This document shows positions 27,326 through 40,680 of a stretch of DNA of 64,000 bases, piece after piece; the first letter of the stretch is position 1, and each line of letters opens with the position of its first letter. Made by a program: the position numbers and the translations under genes. A model generated the notes under the pieces. It made no database searches. It had not been told where the DNA came from and was given only the letters and a program-made list of their open reading frames with translations. Source of the stretch: Thalia democratica (Eukaryota); NCBI GenBank assembly GCA_965202585.1, contig OZ241827.1:55986001-56050000 (forward strand), given 5' to 3'.

Positions 27326-30300
27326 ATGGCTCAAAACGAGAAGAAACTCACATTCCGCTCGTCAAAAATTATTTGCCTGAAAATTTTGTTGAGTTTTATT
27401 TTTGCGGTCAGCGGATCAGAGCACTCGAAATGTCATCCTGAAGACTCAAACTGCGTTTCAAAGCAAGCGGAAAACAGCACCGGTTCCGAGATTCCGGTGC
27501 TGCACGTCCGGCTGGCCAGCTTCGAGGACGCCGCGAAGGTCCTGGCGAGCTTGAACGGGTCGTACGAGGCGTGGGTGACCCGGGAAGGGGTCAGGATGGA
27601 CTTGAAAGGAGGCGAAGCGTCGACAGTGACTCGAAAGGAGACGTGTGACAAGGAAGAAGGGCAGCGGACACCTGGCTGGGTGAAAAGGTTATTTTTTATT
27701 TTTGTTCCACTTGAAAAATTGCATTCCTTCAAGCTTCGTCATGACTTCGTCGTCTGACGCGTCGATTGTTATGACGAAAAGCTGCTAAGTTTCTCACAAA
27801 ATTTCAAGCTGCTTGAGACTTTTATTTTTGTTTTTGCAGCTTTGAGCACTTAAAGCTCTTAATAAAACACTTTCGCATACTTTTCGCTTAGTTTTTAAAT
27901 TAATAACGTTAAGCGTAAAGCCAAAACATCAATTTAGACTTCTATTAATTAGCCTTATTTGCTTTATGCATTAATCAGGTTACTATTTGCATTTGGCTAA
28001 CATTATGACAGGTTGATTTACTTAATGCATTAAGCCAATTATAAAATTCAGATTGAGTCTTTTATCTATGCTTTATTGATAAAGCTAGTAGGATACTTGA
28101 TGAAGCTTTTTTTTTCAATTTATATTTATCTATTTTTAAACTTTTTGAAGATTTTCACATCTAATAAACATTAAGTCTTTAATCAGGTTTAAGACATTCC
28201 ATGTCATATTTAATTTAATAAAGTCGTTAGAAAAAGATCAAAGATCAAATAAAATTGATGTAATGAAAATATTTTTGTTAAAACTTATAATTACCTAAGA
28301 AACACCTTTAAGCTGTTGATGTACAGGTTTAAATTTTCTATAAAAATTCGTCACAGACTTATGCAAATACGTTTTTTTTAGTGAAGATATATAAACTAGC
28401 TTATATGAAAAACTGGCTATACACAGAAACAGTTAAATAAAAAATTTAACAAAACTTTGAGCTACAAGCAATTTTACACTTTTGTTTCTACCGGTGTAAA
28501 AACTCAATACATTTAACAGACTGTTACTTCAAATTTTTCTGCACAAACTGTTTAATAGTTTTTGAAACGCCGATAAACAGCTGCATGTCAAGTCGAGCTA
28601 AACAATTCTTTGCAAGTAAATGCAGCCTTCACACAAGTAGTGGAGAGCTGCTCGCTTGTAAATATGTTTACCAACAAACTGCCTAGCATAAACATCATCG
28701 CGCGTTGCAAGCATTAACTTATACAGTGTGAAACGCTCGCGCTCGACTTCAGCTTTGAAAGCAAAACAATTCGCTTGACAGTAGAACCAAAACAACTGCA
28801 TTTTTTATGAGTAAAAAGCTTTGTTTAATCTTTCATCAGCGCCTTTAGCCTTTTATTGTGATATTCATTTGTTGAAAAGCCGCTCATGCAACTTAAGATG
28901 TTGACTTTAAAGATTTGTTTCCTTATATTGTATTTGCTTCTTGTCACAAAAGTTTTGGCATAAATAAAACACAGCTGTGTTGTATTTTAAACTTTAATAA
29001 AAATTTGTGCATACAAGTTTAGAACTAACTTGATATGTAAGCAGTTTATTGTAATTTAAAAAATATCAATTGATGTGATACTAATTAATTTTATTACAAA
29101 AGTCTGATTTTTTTAACCTCAACAAAGTTTGATTTAACCTGCATAAGTACCAAAAAAGCAAAAGGCTAACGAAACACTCTAGCAAAAACCAAAGCAGCTT
29201 GAGCAAAGACATCAAAAAAGTCAGTAATTGTTTTACATGTGCGTAACAAGGCAAGTAGGAACGGGTAAATTGACACACTACACCGCGTACAAGCTTTCAT
29301 CAGCCGCTTGCATCTGACACCAGCGCGGACAGCTGAGCTCTAATTTACATTGTAACCAGGTTATCACCTAGTTATGTGTGAAAGCAAAACTAATTTGACC
29401 TTGAAAGGTGAAAACAACAAGACTAAAACGTCGACTTTAGAATATTAAGATTGTTAAAGTTATTGGAAAGGTGAAATTATTTAAAACAGTACCACAAACG
29501 CAATATAAATAACATAAAAATTTACAATATATTTGTTTTTAGCTTGATAACTTATTTATCTATTTTTTTTTTTTTGATACCGTTTACACAACAATTCTTT
29601 AGTGTAATTTGAATAATATGATTTATTCAACGTACTTAACATACTCTTAACAACCAGTTATATTTATTATGCAAATAAATTGCAGAAAGAATGTGTGCAA
29701 GAGAGTACAGAAAAGCTACTACGGACTTTCGAACACTTTCATCAGCTTGCTCGCCTCAAACCGAACCTGTCACTCCACGCCCAAGCGATTTTTCTGCGTG
29801 GAAAGGTGAGAAAGTTTAAAATCCAATTTTCCGATTTAATGTGATAAATACAAAAGCGATAGATGCAAATTTTAAAATAAAGGTTAAGCTTGTTGGCAAC
29901 TTTATACTGTCATTTGAACTTAAAATAAAAAAGTGAACTGCAGAGCAAATTACAATAAAAGCCGCTTTAAGCTAAGCCCTGTGTAGATGCATTGGGTATA
30001 AATGACATAACTAAACTTTTATTTTGTAGTTTTTTATCTTTTGAACAAAAGCAAACTTGTCTCAGCCGTCAGAAAAAAAAACTTGTTTTAGAAAAATACC
30101 AGCTTAATTCTCAATTTGTTTATTTTTCTCAGCCCTTTGAGCTTTCGACTTTTGTTTGCGCGAAGCTGGTACTTAATGCAAACCATCATTTATCGCCTCG
30201 ACTTTTGCTGCGCGAGCTTGATTAACCCGAAACGTTCGCAACAACAAAAAAGTTTGAAATCAATCAGAATAAAAAGCAGGTCTGATCGGTATCTCCGATA

Positions 30301-33300
30301 TAATAAAGCGTCTCCGGTGTACAAGTTGTTTCCTTTGGTGATCAATGAACAACAAAAATTTTCTGGTTAAGAATTATTGGCGGCTCGGAGATGTTGATGA
30401 AGGGAAAAGTAAACGATGATTTATCTTTTCATGAAAATATTGTTTTCTAACCTAAATTTTTTTTTTGGCAGATTGTTAAATTTTGTAATTGAACTTTTAA
30501 TGTCTAATTTGTGAAAACTTAATATAAAGTTTAAATCTAGATGAAATTATATTTCTTTAATCTAAAATTTTTGACGCGCTGTTTTTTTATATCTTATAAC
30601 TTAATTAGGTGTTTGAACTTTTGATGCCTGATTTGTGGGAACTGAAAATAAAGTTGAAATTTATCACAAATTGATGTTTTTTAATTTTACGCCAGGGAAT
30701 AAAAGTAAGTAAAGTATATTTACTGATTTAATATTCCGTTAATGACTTCTTGATTGGCTTAAACTTAAATTGACTTAAAACTTAAACGATGATTAATCTA
30801 TACAAGAGAATATATTTTTCCACCTAAGTGTTTTAACGCGCTGCTTTTTTTCAACTATTATTTTAATTTGGCATTTGAACTTTTGATGTCTGATCTGTGA
30901 GAATTTAACATTAAGCCCAAACTTCTCACAAAGCGGTTGTTGTTTTGTTTTTGCGCCAGGAAATAAAAGTAAATTAAAGAATAAAGTAAATTAATAGAGT
31001 AAATTTAGGACTTTTATTGTTTCAATATTGCTTTTAAGACTTATTGATGGACTTAATTAGCATGGGAAAGAGCAACAGCTGTGCGATGCGTAAAGCAATT
31101 TTAAAATGTTTACATTAATCATCCTCGCAAAACTGAACTTTTTTGATTGACGTTCAAGCCCCAAAAAAGGAATTAAGTGTAAAGTTTTCTAATTTACTCA
31201 TGATAATGTAATTCAAATCAAATATTTCAATAAATGCGTAAAAATACTTTTTGTATTACAATGTTTTTTACAACTCATAGGTGTTTCCCAAAAAAACATT
31301 TTCAAAACATTAAATAAATATATGTAGTAATGAGTTTTATTTGAAAAAAGTAAAGTTAGTTATTAATTTTTGATGAAGCTTAATGTACAATTTATAGACT
31401 ACTTACAAAGCAAAAAGTTGTTATGCTTTATATATGTGAACGCAAGAGGATATTTTTATAAGAATTAACCAAACCACACAATAAACTTATTTATTATTAT
31501 TAATATTATTAAATTAATAAAAAAGGATAATTACAAAACTTTTAGGTTCGGAACAAACAAGTACTCTCCGCACAAAGTAACTTTTTACGGATGCTGCAGG
31601 GGATTTCATTTGGATGCCGGCAGACAAATCTGCCGCAGAGTGTTCAAAAGAGACAGAGGTAAAACCAACAAACAAATAATTGCTGTTTACTTACAGTGAT
31701 AACACACAGAATTACTTTCAACCTTCCACGTTTAGCTAGTTTTTTATTGTTTGCTAAAAATAATTCAAACTATAATGATTTAATAAAGTACAAGTATTAG
31801 AACCATGTTAAAGCACATAAGTTGTTTTTTATTCATGACCTAAGTCTTATAATGTTTTTAGTATTACATAAATTTTAGCTCACGTCCAACGATTATATCA
31901 ACCAAAAACTCTTATGGTCCTTAAACCTACTCCAAGAAAAAAACGTTTTAGTACAATTAAGAATTAAGTTATATTTTTCATTGGTGTTAAAGTGACCTAA
32001 ATATATTCATAAGAACTAAAACTTAGTTTTTATTGCATTTTGAAGTAGTTTATTTAAGTTTTTTTTCAAGCCTCAAACAATAATTTCTATAATAGCTAAT
32101 TTTGATATAGTTATTAATGTTAAAAAACATAAATAATATTCGTAAAAAACGAATAAGTTTTTTAATTGTTTAGTTTACTCAAAAAACTTACGACAATAAA
32201 GAAAAAAGTATTTTAAAAGTAAAAAAACTTAGAATATTGTAAAAATTTTAAGCCGATTGATTACTAATTGCTTATAAATATGTTAAGTTTGTGTTGGTAT
32301 TGTTAAATAAACTAAAACACTAATCAATTTCCAGCACCAACGAACAAAGGCCACCGCTTCACGAAAACCGACTCGGCAAACTTGAAGAAGCACCGAAAAA
32401 TGGGCGGCCGGCTTAAATTCAGGCCGAAGGTGAAGAAAATAAAGTTCAAGAAGTTGGAACCCTCGGTGATTGACAAAAAACTTTTCGGGTCGAAAATACA
32501 AAGCAACCACACCCTATTTGTGCCCAATGAAGATGTGCTGGAAAAATGTCAGTATTGATTTAAAAAAAATAAAATTAAGTATACTAGTGTGTTAAATGTT
32601 TATACATGCATAAATCATAGGCACAAAAGTAAAACCTGTTTGAAAAATATCTTCTAAATATTTTTTATTTTGGTGAGGCTTGTTTACGTTAATAATTAAA
32701 TCAACGTGTTTTCTGTGTTTTCACTCAGCTTATAATCTGTTTTGAACATTTTTGTAGCACCATCAACAACATAAACAAAAAGATTAAGTTGGATGATAAG
32801 TTCATTTTGTTTGAATTAAAATATTTAAATCAAATTTAGTACAACATCACTTTTACTAAAACTTTGTTTCCCTAAAAACTAGCTATTAAAGCTAAAACAA
32901 AAAAAAAAGAATTTTAGTTAATGTTTTCTGTTTTTAAATTATACAATTTAAAATCTAGCACTTTAAGTATTAAAACATAATGAGTATTCTAAAAATACTT
33001 CACGACAGACTTGGAACCGGGGTTCAGTTTGCAGGAAGATATTTTTGACAACTTGGTAGTTGAGGACCATCTTTTGATTTCGGACCAGCTCAAAAATAAC
33101 GACATATACCAGGTTTTCTGTGCGAAAAAGTTTGAAATTTTTTTTTTGTCTTGTTTAAAATCGATTATGATAATTTGAATAGATTTATACCATAAGACAT
33201 TAGTGTTTGCACAAAACAATCTCAACAATAATAAAGTATGACGTCTTGTTTTCACAGGCTAAAATCAAAATAAAATTTCAACGTACAGACTGAGTTTATG

Positions 33301-36300
33301 CTGTATGTTTATCACTTATGTGGTCGAGTAATGTGTCTACGTCGAATTTTTTGAAGCATTGCTTCCCTGTTTGTTTTACAAATAAAAATAACGTCATACT
33401 TTTCTATTTTGTTACGATAGTTATGTTATGATAGGCTTATCAATTATATATAAGTTTATAATTTAGCTGTCTCATTTTTTCGAGTAGTTTCTGTGTCTAC
33501 CATATTCTTAAGTTAAATATTGATTTTAATTAACATTTAATGGTTTATTGTGTTCTTTAAAAAAAAAATTAAAAGCTATTTTTTGTATTAAAAGCCACGA
33601 TTGTATACAAAGCAATAATTATTTGTTTACGTGTTCTAGTCGATGAAGACTAACTGAAAATTTTGCCACTAAAATAATTATTAAACCACTAACTTCCTCT
33701 AATTTTTAGTACTTTTACACCGATTTCGTTTTAATTAATTAGTTTATAAGGGTTTATTTATACCATTAGATAACCTCGGTATAGCTTTGTTATTTAAAAC
33801 TTACATTTAAACATGGTTAACACAGTTTTAATTGAATTTTAATGTTTTAAAATTTTTGGTAGAATTTTTGCGTATAGATAAATCTAAAACCAGATATATA
33901 CTTTTTTATTGTTAACGCTATTTTTGTTTGTTTACCCTTTACGATTTTTTTGCACTAGATTAACTTTTTTTTTTATAAAATATTTGAGTATGTGAGGTAA
34001 AGTTAAAGAGAAGTAAAAAATAAAGTAACTATATCTATTTCAAAAAAATTTTTTTTTTTGTTTTATCATGTATCAAGAATTTTTATTTTACAACTACATT
34101 TTTTAGATTGATCTAAAGTGTATTTTCTTGTTATTAAACGTAAGTAGAAAAACTAAAATGTTAAAAAAAACAATAATTTATAAAAATGGTTAAAATAATT
34201 TGTTTCTAGTTTATTATTCATTTTTTCAAAAATTTTTTTGTTTTGAACTTTTAAACAAAGCTTTTTGATACCTACATTTTTTTTAATATAAACTAGACAA
34301 AAAGTGTTTTCTGAATTAATCTTCCTGACATATAAATTACTTTTAAACTTAAAAAAAAAAGTAACTTTGGAAACAGTTTAGACTGTATAATTTAAATATT
34401 TCTAAACTTAGGCCTTAACCGGACTTCCAGTCAAAAAATTAAGTTCGAAAACAATCAACTAATAAATTCTTAAAAGGTACACTATTAAAACACTTAATTC
34501 ATTTAACTTAACAATTTCTAAACGCAGGCGTTGTCGGGAACTCCTGTGAGGTTCAACTTCTTCTACGAGAGGTCGCTGATGACGGCCAACTGCGTGAAAG
34601 TGACGTCACGTGACGTCATCACCAACAGCAACGAGTGCCTGCACGTCATCGACGGAATTATTTTCCACGTCACCGCGTCCACGACGGAGTACTTGTCGAA
34701 CGAAGACGGAGTTCATTCTACCTTCATCAGAGGTTTATTTTTAAACATATTTCTTGGAATTTAAATTAAAAACTAAACATTCAATATTTTAAAATAAACA
34801 AGTAAATATTTATTTAAACGATATTTATAATTTTCTTTTGTACAGTGCAGCTTCATTATGAACTGCTGTTACTTGTTACGAAAATAGTAAAAAAAAACAA
34901 CAACAGCTGTAAGGAAAGCTGAAATGGAAGAAGACATAGAAAACTCTAATGAACTGACCGTATTTGCTCCAACAAACTACGCTTTCGACCAGCTAGCTGT
35001 GAACTTGGAAAATGAAAATAAAGCCTGTTTGAAGGAGCTCGTGAATGACCATCTTGTGAATGAAATATTTTGCTCTTCTGCGGCTGGTAAACTTAAAAAC
35101 TTGTACTTGTGACCTAAATTAAAAGATATCTAATTAAAAGGCATTAGAAATAATTATTTTAACGTAGTTAAGTTTTTTGTCTTTAAAAAAAAAATTAAAA
35201 TAAGCACTAAAAAACAAATAAGAAAACGGCATGGTTCTAACGACGAGGAGCAACAAATCGATTGTGACGTCATACGATTTCATGTTCAAAACTGCCTACG
35301 CGAACAACCAGGAAATTGTAGAGAAGGACAAAATGACTTTGAGCGGGGTGGTGCACTCTGTATCAGCACTTCTGTCTTCAGGTTGTTTATTAAAGTAATA
35401 TTTATTCAAAGTATTTACTTATCAAAAATATCTTAGTTTTTTAAATTACAAACGTTTCTAATTACTTTAAAACATTGAACTACTTAAAATACATCTTAGT
35501 GAGAGGTCTAACAACCTCGCTATCAAAGAATCCAGAACTAAGTGCATTTAACCAAGTAATACAAGAAGTCAAAATGTTTGATCGGCTCCTAAAACTTCGG
35601 AATATCACAATTATTGCTCCCACGAACGCAGCATATCAGGTTAACAAAAATAATGTACACAGAAATAAAACTTTAATACAGTGAAATATTAAAAAAATGT
35701 TTATTTTCCGAAACGAAGAGAGATACTATTTTTATTGATAAGTATTGAGCACAAATAGAATTAATTTTAATAATAAACTACAACTACGTGTTATTTATTA
35801 TTAATCGGAACAAGATTTTTTGCTGATTATTTTGTAAATAAAAGAGTTTAAACCTAACAAATAATTAAAGATTGGACGCTTTTTAAATATTTTAACTGTT
35901 GACTAATACATTTTCTTGTGAGCACAACACGAAAAGCTTTTTTACAAGATAACATACTACTTATGGTAAAATCATCAAAAAACTGTCTTAATTCTACACA
36001 AAACACCTAAAACAATATTTTACGTTTACTCAAAACTCTTTCAATCGTGCTTACTCGATTAAAGCTTTTCAAACAAAAGCTCACAAACTACATCAACAGC
36101 TGATACCGAAAGACGAGAGAAGCTTTTCGAAAATTCAACAAGACCAACTGCGCTCCCAGCTCCGTTACTACATCGTCCGCGGAACGCTGGACCGCTACAA
36201 GCTCTTCAACTCGAGCCGAGCCCTGCAGCGACTGACCACTTGGGACGGAGCGGGGGTCGCTCACATGACCAGGTACAGCGTGAGGCGCGCAAACAAGCAG

Positions 36301-37337
36301 GGGAAAGTCTCCAAAGTACCTGCGTTTGCTTTTCAGTGCAAACGCGCGAACTGGCGCCAGCACGCGGTTGAAAATTGCGCGGGAAACTTGTACGTGCTAA
36401 ACGAAGTTTGTTGAAATTTTTTTATTTGCAGTGTAAAATTTATTATAATATAAGTTTGACAATTGATCTTACTTCATAACGTTTAGACATAAAAATATGA
36501 CTTACTAGTAAACTTAAAAAAAGTTAGAAATCTATTTTTAAGGATTTTTTTGTGTGTTTTCAGGTTTCAAATTACTCACAACCAACAGTTTTAGAGGTTC
36601 TCGAACAAAATCCACAAAACTTTTCCTACTTTTTGAAACTCGTTAAAAAATTTAGTCTTGAACAGGTTATACTTTTTTCTTTTTTAACATCTGATAGAAA
36701 GAATTTTAATCACGTTTTAATTACAGCTACTTACCCAACCTGAAGAGTTGACTCTTTTTGCCCCGGTAAACTCTGTTTTTGAAAAACTCAAACCAGTTGT
36801 AATGTCGAGATTGTTTGGTAATAGAAACATAGCAAGGAACATAATGCTGTACCATATTATACCAGGTTAATTTTTACTTGTTTCTTGAGTACATGATTAC
36901 TTGAAAACCTCTTACTACTCTATGAAGACAAAATACATTTTACAAACAAAACTGTTTTCATTGTAGATTTATCAAAAAATATTTTAAAAGGTGTGAGCAT
37001 ACCATAACTTACTCTAAAAGATACTTTATTTTCACAAAAAATTACTAAATACAAAAAAATACGTAAAGTTAAAACAACCGAACAATCAAACTTCGCAGGG
37101 TTCAAATGCCACGACCAGCTCAACCAGTTCTCAATTTCCCACCCGACCCGCCTCAGCCGAAAATTCCCCCTGGTCACCTGCCCCAAAAAATCCAAGCTGA
37201 TGGTGGGCCGCAACCGGAAGCGGCTTCGAACCAAGGTGGTCGCGGCCGACCTGATCGCGGACAACGGGATCGTTCACGGCGTGGACAACGTCCTCTTGTA
37301 CCGCAGCTTCCTCGCCAAAAACTCCAAAAACTCCTGA
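27326..37337 (+). CDS. Secreted TGFBI/periostin-like protein (signal peptide, EMI domain, 4 FAS1 domains), 793 aa, 13 exons: 27326-27687, 29686-29805, 31546-31658, 32335-32547, 33009-33112, 34528-34732, 34907-35086, 35223-35381, 35500-35639, 36100-36405, 36564-36665, 36727-36865, 37099-37337
   Basis: All phases are consistent (2382 nt including stop). It has a hydrophobic N-terminus (IICLKILLSFIFAVSG), an EMI domain (KNVC...FGTNKY...YGCCRGF...C), FAS1 H1 motifs TLFVPNED, TVFAPTNYAF, TIIAPTNAAY and TLFAPVNSVF, and H2 motifs LHVIDGII, GVVHSVSALL, NLYVLNEV and ADNGIVHGVDNVL. TGFBI vs POSTN orthology is unresolved. Confidence 0.92.
30574..31060. repeat. Diverged tandem duplication, period about 262 bp, in fasciclin intron 2
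   Basis: Blocks acgcgctg...tttgaacttttgatg(c/t)ctgat...cgccagg(g/a)aataaaagtaa...gactt(c/a)ttgat start at 30574 and 30836. Confidence 0.75.
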
Positions 37338-37517
37338 TGTTGAATTTTGAGTTTTGCATTTGAGTTTTAATCATATTGATGCCCCGACTAACACACAAGG
37401 TTTTTAGTCTCGAGTGGTTTTTTAACAGTAACTTTATGCCTTAACAAACTAAATATTATTATATCTAGTTTTTAGTGTTTCGTCAGTTTTGTAAATGATT
37501 TCTTTATACTTGAACTA

Positions 37518-37523
37518 AATAAA
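37518..37523 (+). terminator. Poly(A) signal of the fasciclin gene
   Basis: AATAAA 181 nt after the stop, followed by a U/GU-rich stretch (gtatgtttttgctttc). Confidence 0.5.
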
Positions 37524-38965
37524 GTATGTTTTGCTTTCTTTTTATTGTTGTATTTTGTAATTGAACCTCAAAAGTGTGGAAATAAATGGTGCTGTTTTGT
37601 ATTTCAAACGGTTTTTTATTCAGTGTCTAAAACTTAGTTTTATTTTTTGTTATAATGGTTTAAATCTTTCTTTATTTGAATAACTTTGTTTTTATTAAAA
37701 TAAAAGCGTTTATTTTATTTTTTAAAATTATTAGTATACATTAAACAGTGTTAAGGTTTACTAATAGAAAAATTAGCTACTTAAAACTCACTAAGTTATT
37801 ATAGTGGCTAATCAATTTTTTTACTTTTATTTGTTATTAACTCAGATACGGCCTAAAACATATTTTGTTATTACTGTACAAAATTAAATAAATAAATTAA
37901 ACTGAAGTCGCTTTTGAATTTTGTTTGGTTTAATAAAAATTGTTTACAACATTTCTCTACAATACTTGGCTAGAAAAGTTAAAAAATGTGTTCTAAGTAG
38001 CACCTGTTGTATAAATCAAATAGTTTTAAATGTTCACGCAACTTTTACTGACAACCAGTGGCGACGCGCGGTTTTATTTTAGGGGGTGCGGAAAGTTCAG
38101 AGTAGTTTAAGAAAACCCCAATTTGGTATTGCTAAAATCTAAATTAGTAGGATTAAAATAATACAATCACAACAAATCGTTTGTAAAGTGAAGTTTATTC
38201 ATAAAAAATTAACAGATATATATTATCGTAAAACCTTTTGAGATTTTCGAGGTGAAGCATCTGTTCTACCGCTCCACCTGCGCATCTGGGTGTTAACAGA
38301 TGAGTGCGCAGAGAGTTTTATTTTTTTAAACATTACAAATTTGAAATATTTATCCTTTTAATTGTGTTAATTAAATGTGATTAGTATGTTTAACACACAC
38401 TAAAATCTGGAAGGAGTTCTTGACGTTTGTAAGAAATTTACAACTATTATCTTTCTTAAATTGTTTTATTAAGATAGTTTTATCAACTTAAATTATCATA
38501 ATTAAATTTATCATACTGTCACTTAGCTTCATGTACTTAATTTTTATTACAGATCAGTTATTCCAAAATTACAATAAGTTGACAATCTTTGATTAATATT
38601 AAACTTTAGGTAAGGTAAGTTGTATCAAATCTTTTGTCTAAACACTATTAGCTTCATCAAAAAACCCTGTAGAAATTAAGAATTAACAGAAAAATAGTCA
38701 TCAGTTGTAGCAAAGTACAAATGTTATCCTTGCTTGTATAAATATTACAGTACCAGACTTTACTTATTTTAAAGTAGTCTAGGCAAAAAATTTTAAAATT
38801 TTATAAACTACTAAATTTGATGAATTTAGTTATTAGAAATTTATCTTGGAAATAAGAAAATATTAAAAAATATTACACTAAATTCTAACTTAATATTTAA
38901 AACTCTAATTCTAACTTTATTGCTTAAATGGTACAGTGTCAATAAAAATATTGTCTATAAAAAGT

Positions 38966-39266
38966 GGGTAGGTGTCGAAAAAGCACAAAAGGACACTGTT
39001 GCTGGGGTTGAAAACGTATTATTGTTTTTTACTATCACTGTTACCCTTAACCCTTACTTTTGATAAGTTTTTATTTTATATTAAAATCGTTTTTGTTTTT
39101 TATTTATTTTAATATTTTTTTCTAATATCATTATTACCCCTAACCCTTACTTAGTCGGTAACTCGTGTATTACTAATTTTATTTTTATTTATTTTATTTT
39201 TTTTTTCTTGTGCAAAGTTAACCACCCGTGCTAAAATGAGCCTTCGTGCATGTTTGACCCGTCCCC
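38966..39266. mobile_element. MITE with imperfect GGGTAG(G/C)TGTC termini and internal CCCTAACCCTTAC motifs
   Basis: Left end gggtaggtgtcgaaaaagcac, right end gtgcatgtttgacccgtccc. The internal ttactatcactgttaccc(t/c)taacccttac is shared with 44703-45075. Confidence 0.55.
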
Positions 39267-39934
39267 GTAAGAAGTATATATAAACTATTATGGTAATTGT
39301 TAAAAAAATAGTTGTTGTTTTGTAACATTTTGATTTTAATTAAATTATAAACGAAATAAGGAAAACAACTTAAACTTATTTAAAAGCATTTTTTTAAGTT
39401 TGAAATTTTTTTGATTTCAGTTATGCATTGGATAAAAAAGTTTCTAAATCCTAGTTTTGATATTTTAAGAATAGAAAACTTACAAAGTTAAAAAAAATTA
39501 AATTAGTTTTTAGCTTATAACAAGGAATTAACAACATAAAATATTATAATTGATACTCAAGTTTTGCATGGTTTTACAGCAATAACATCATTAATGATAT
39601 GTTTTAGATAAAAGGAAAGAAAAAGCGTAATTAAATGACAAAGTATGTTCAGTTAGTTAAAAAGGACTACTTAAACAACATTTTGTAAAAATCTAACAAA
39701 ATTAATATCGTAATAAAGTATTAATTTGTGTTTTAAGAAGAAGAGCAATCATGTTAACCATATTACTTAAAACTTTTATTGCTCTGATAACTTCTATATT
39801 TTATTACTTCTAGGTTGCTTTAAAGGTTTTTGAAACTATGTAGTTACACACGATAGCAAACTATCTATCGAAACTGTAATAGTATCTTATTTTGTTCTGT
39901 AGTAAGCAGAAATATATCGAAATTTCCTCTTATG

Positions 39935-40680
39935 AACAACAAAACCAACTCACCCACATATAGTTTTCTACAGAAAATACTACCGACTACTTGATAGAAC
40001 AGATGGGTATTTGATTCAAAACCCTGAACATCAACCAATAATGTTGCCAAACAAACATTCAGAGCTGTACAATAAAGCTAAAAAGTTGTGGAATGAAAGC
40101 CGTGCTCTGATATTTGCAGAGGAAGTCCTTTTAGAAAGACCTGACGACAGAGAAGGGCAAAATAGGGAGTCCTTTGTACTTAAGCTCCATTTGGTACTGA
40201 TAATGTAGTAAAAGGGGCTCTTTAAATTAGTTAATATCATTGATAATAATAACAATGTAACTATATTGTTCGGCTCTATTCCTGATAAAAAAGATAATAT
40301 CATTATGATCAATCTCAAAAAACATCAAGAAAAAACTTGCCAGGAAAAACTAGCTAAATCAAATGCAAATTTAATCTTAAAAGGAAGTTTAATGCCAAAA
40401 ACAAAGCAAAACTTCCAGAAACAAATATGGTTTAAAAATACAAACTTTGTTACGAATAAAAGAATGACAAAACTTGAGTTTTAAAGTACGATTAAGAATT
40501 ATCAAGATACAAAAAAGATGAAGTAATTGAAGCACTTAAATGTTTTGTTATCTACATAAAAACTAAAAAGAATTGCACTGTTTCACTCGATTGTTCTGAA
40601 AAAGAGGCTTCAGTTATTCAGAATGAAACAGTTAAAAAGTTGTACAATATAATATCAAGTGAAATTAATGTAGGAACTTA
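39935..40680 (+). pseudogene. Decayed intronless ORF of unknown origin
   Basis: ORFs 40011-40208 and 40266-40484 share one frame and are separated by TAG TAA. An upstream in-frame extension and a downstream frameshifted continuation (DEVIEALKCFVIYIK...LYNIISSEIN) give about 240 codons of coding-like sequence. No family was recognised. Confidence 0.35.
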
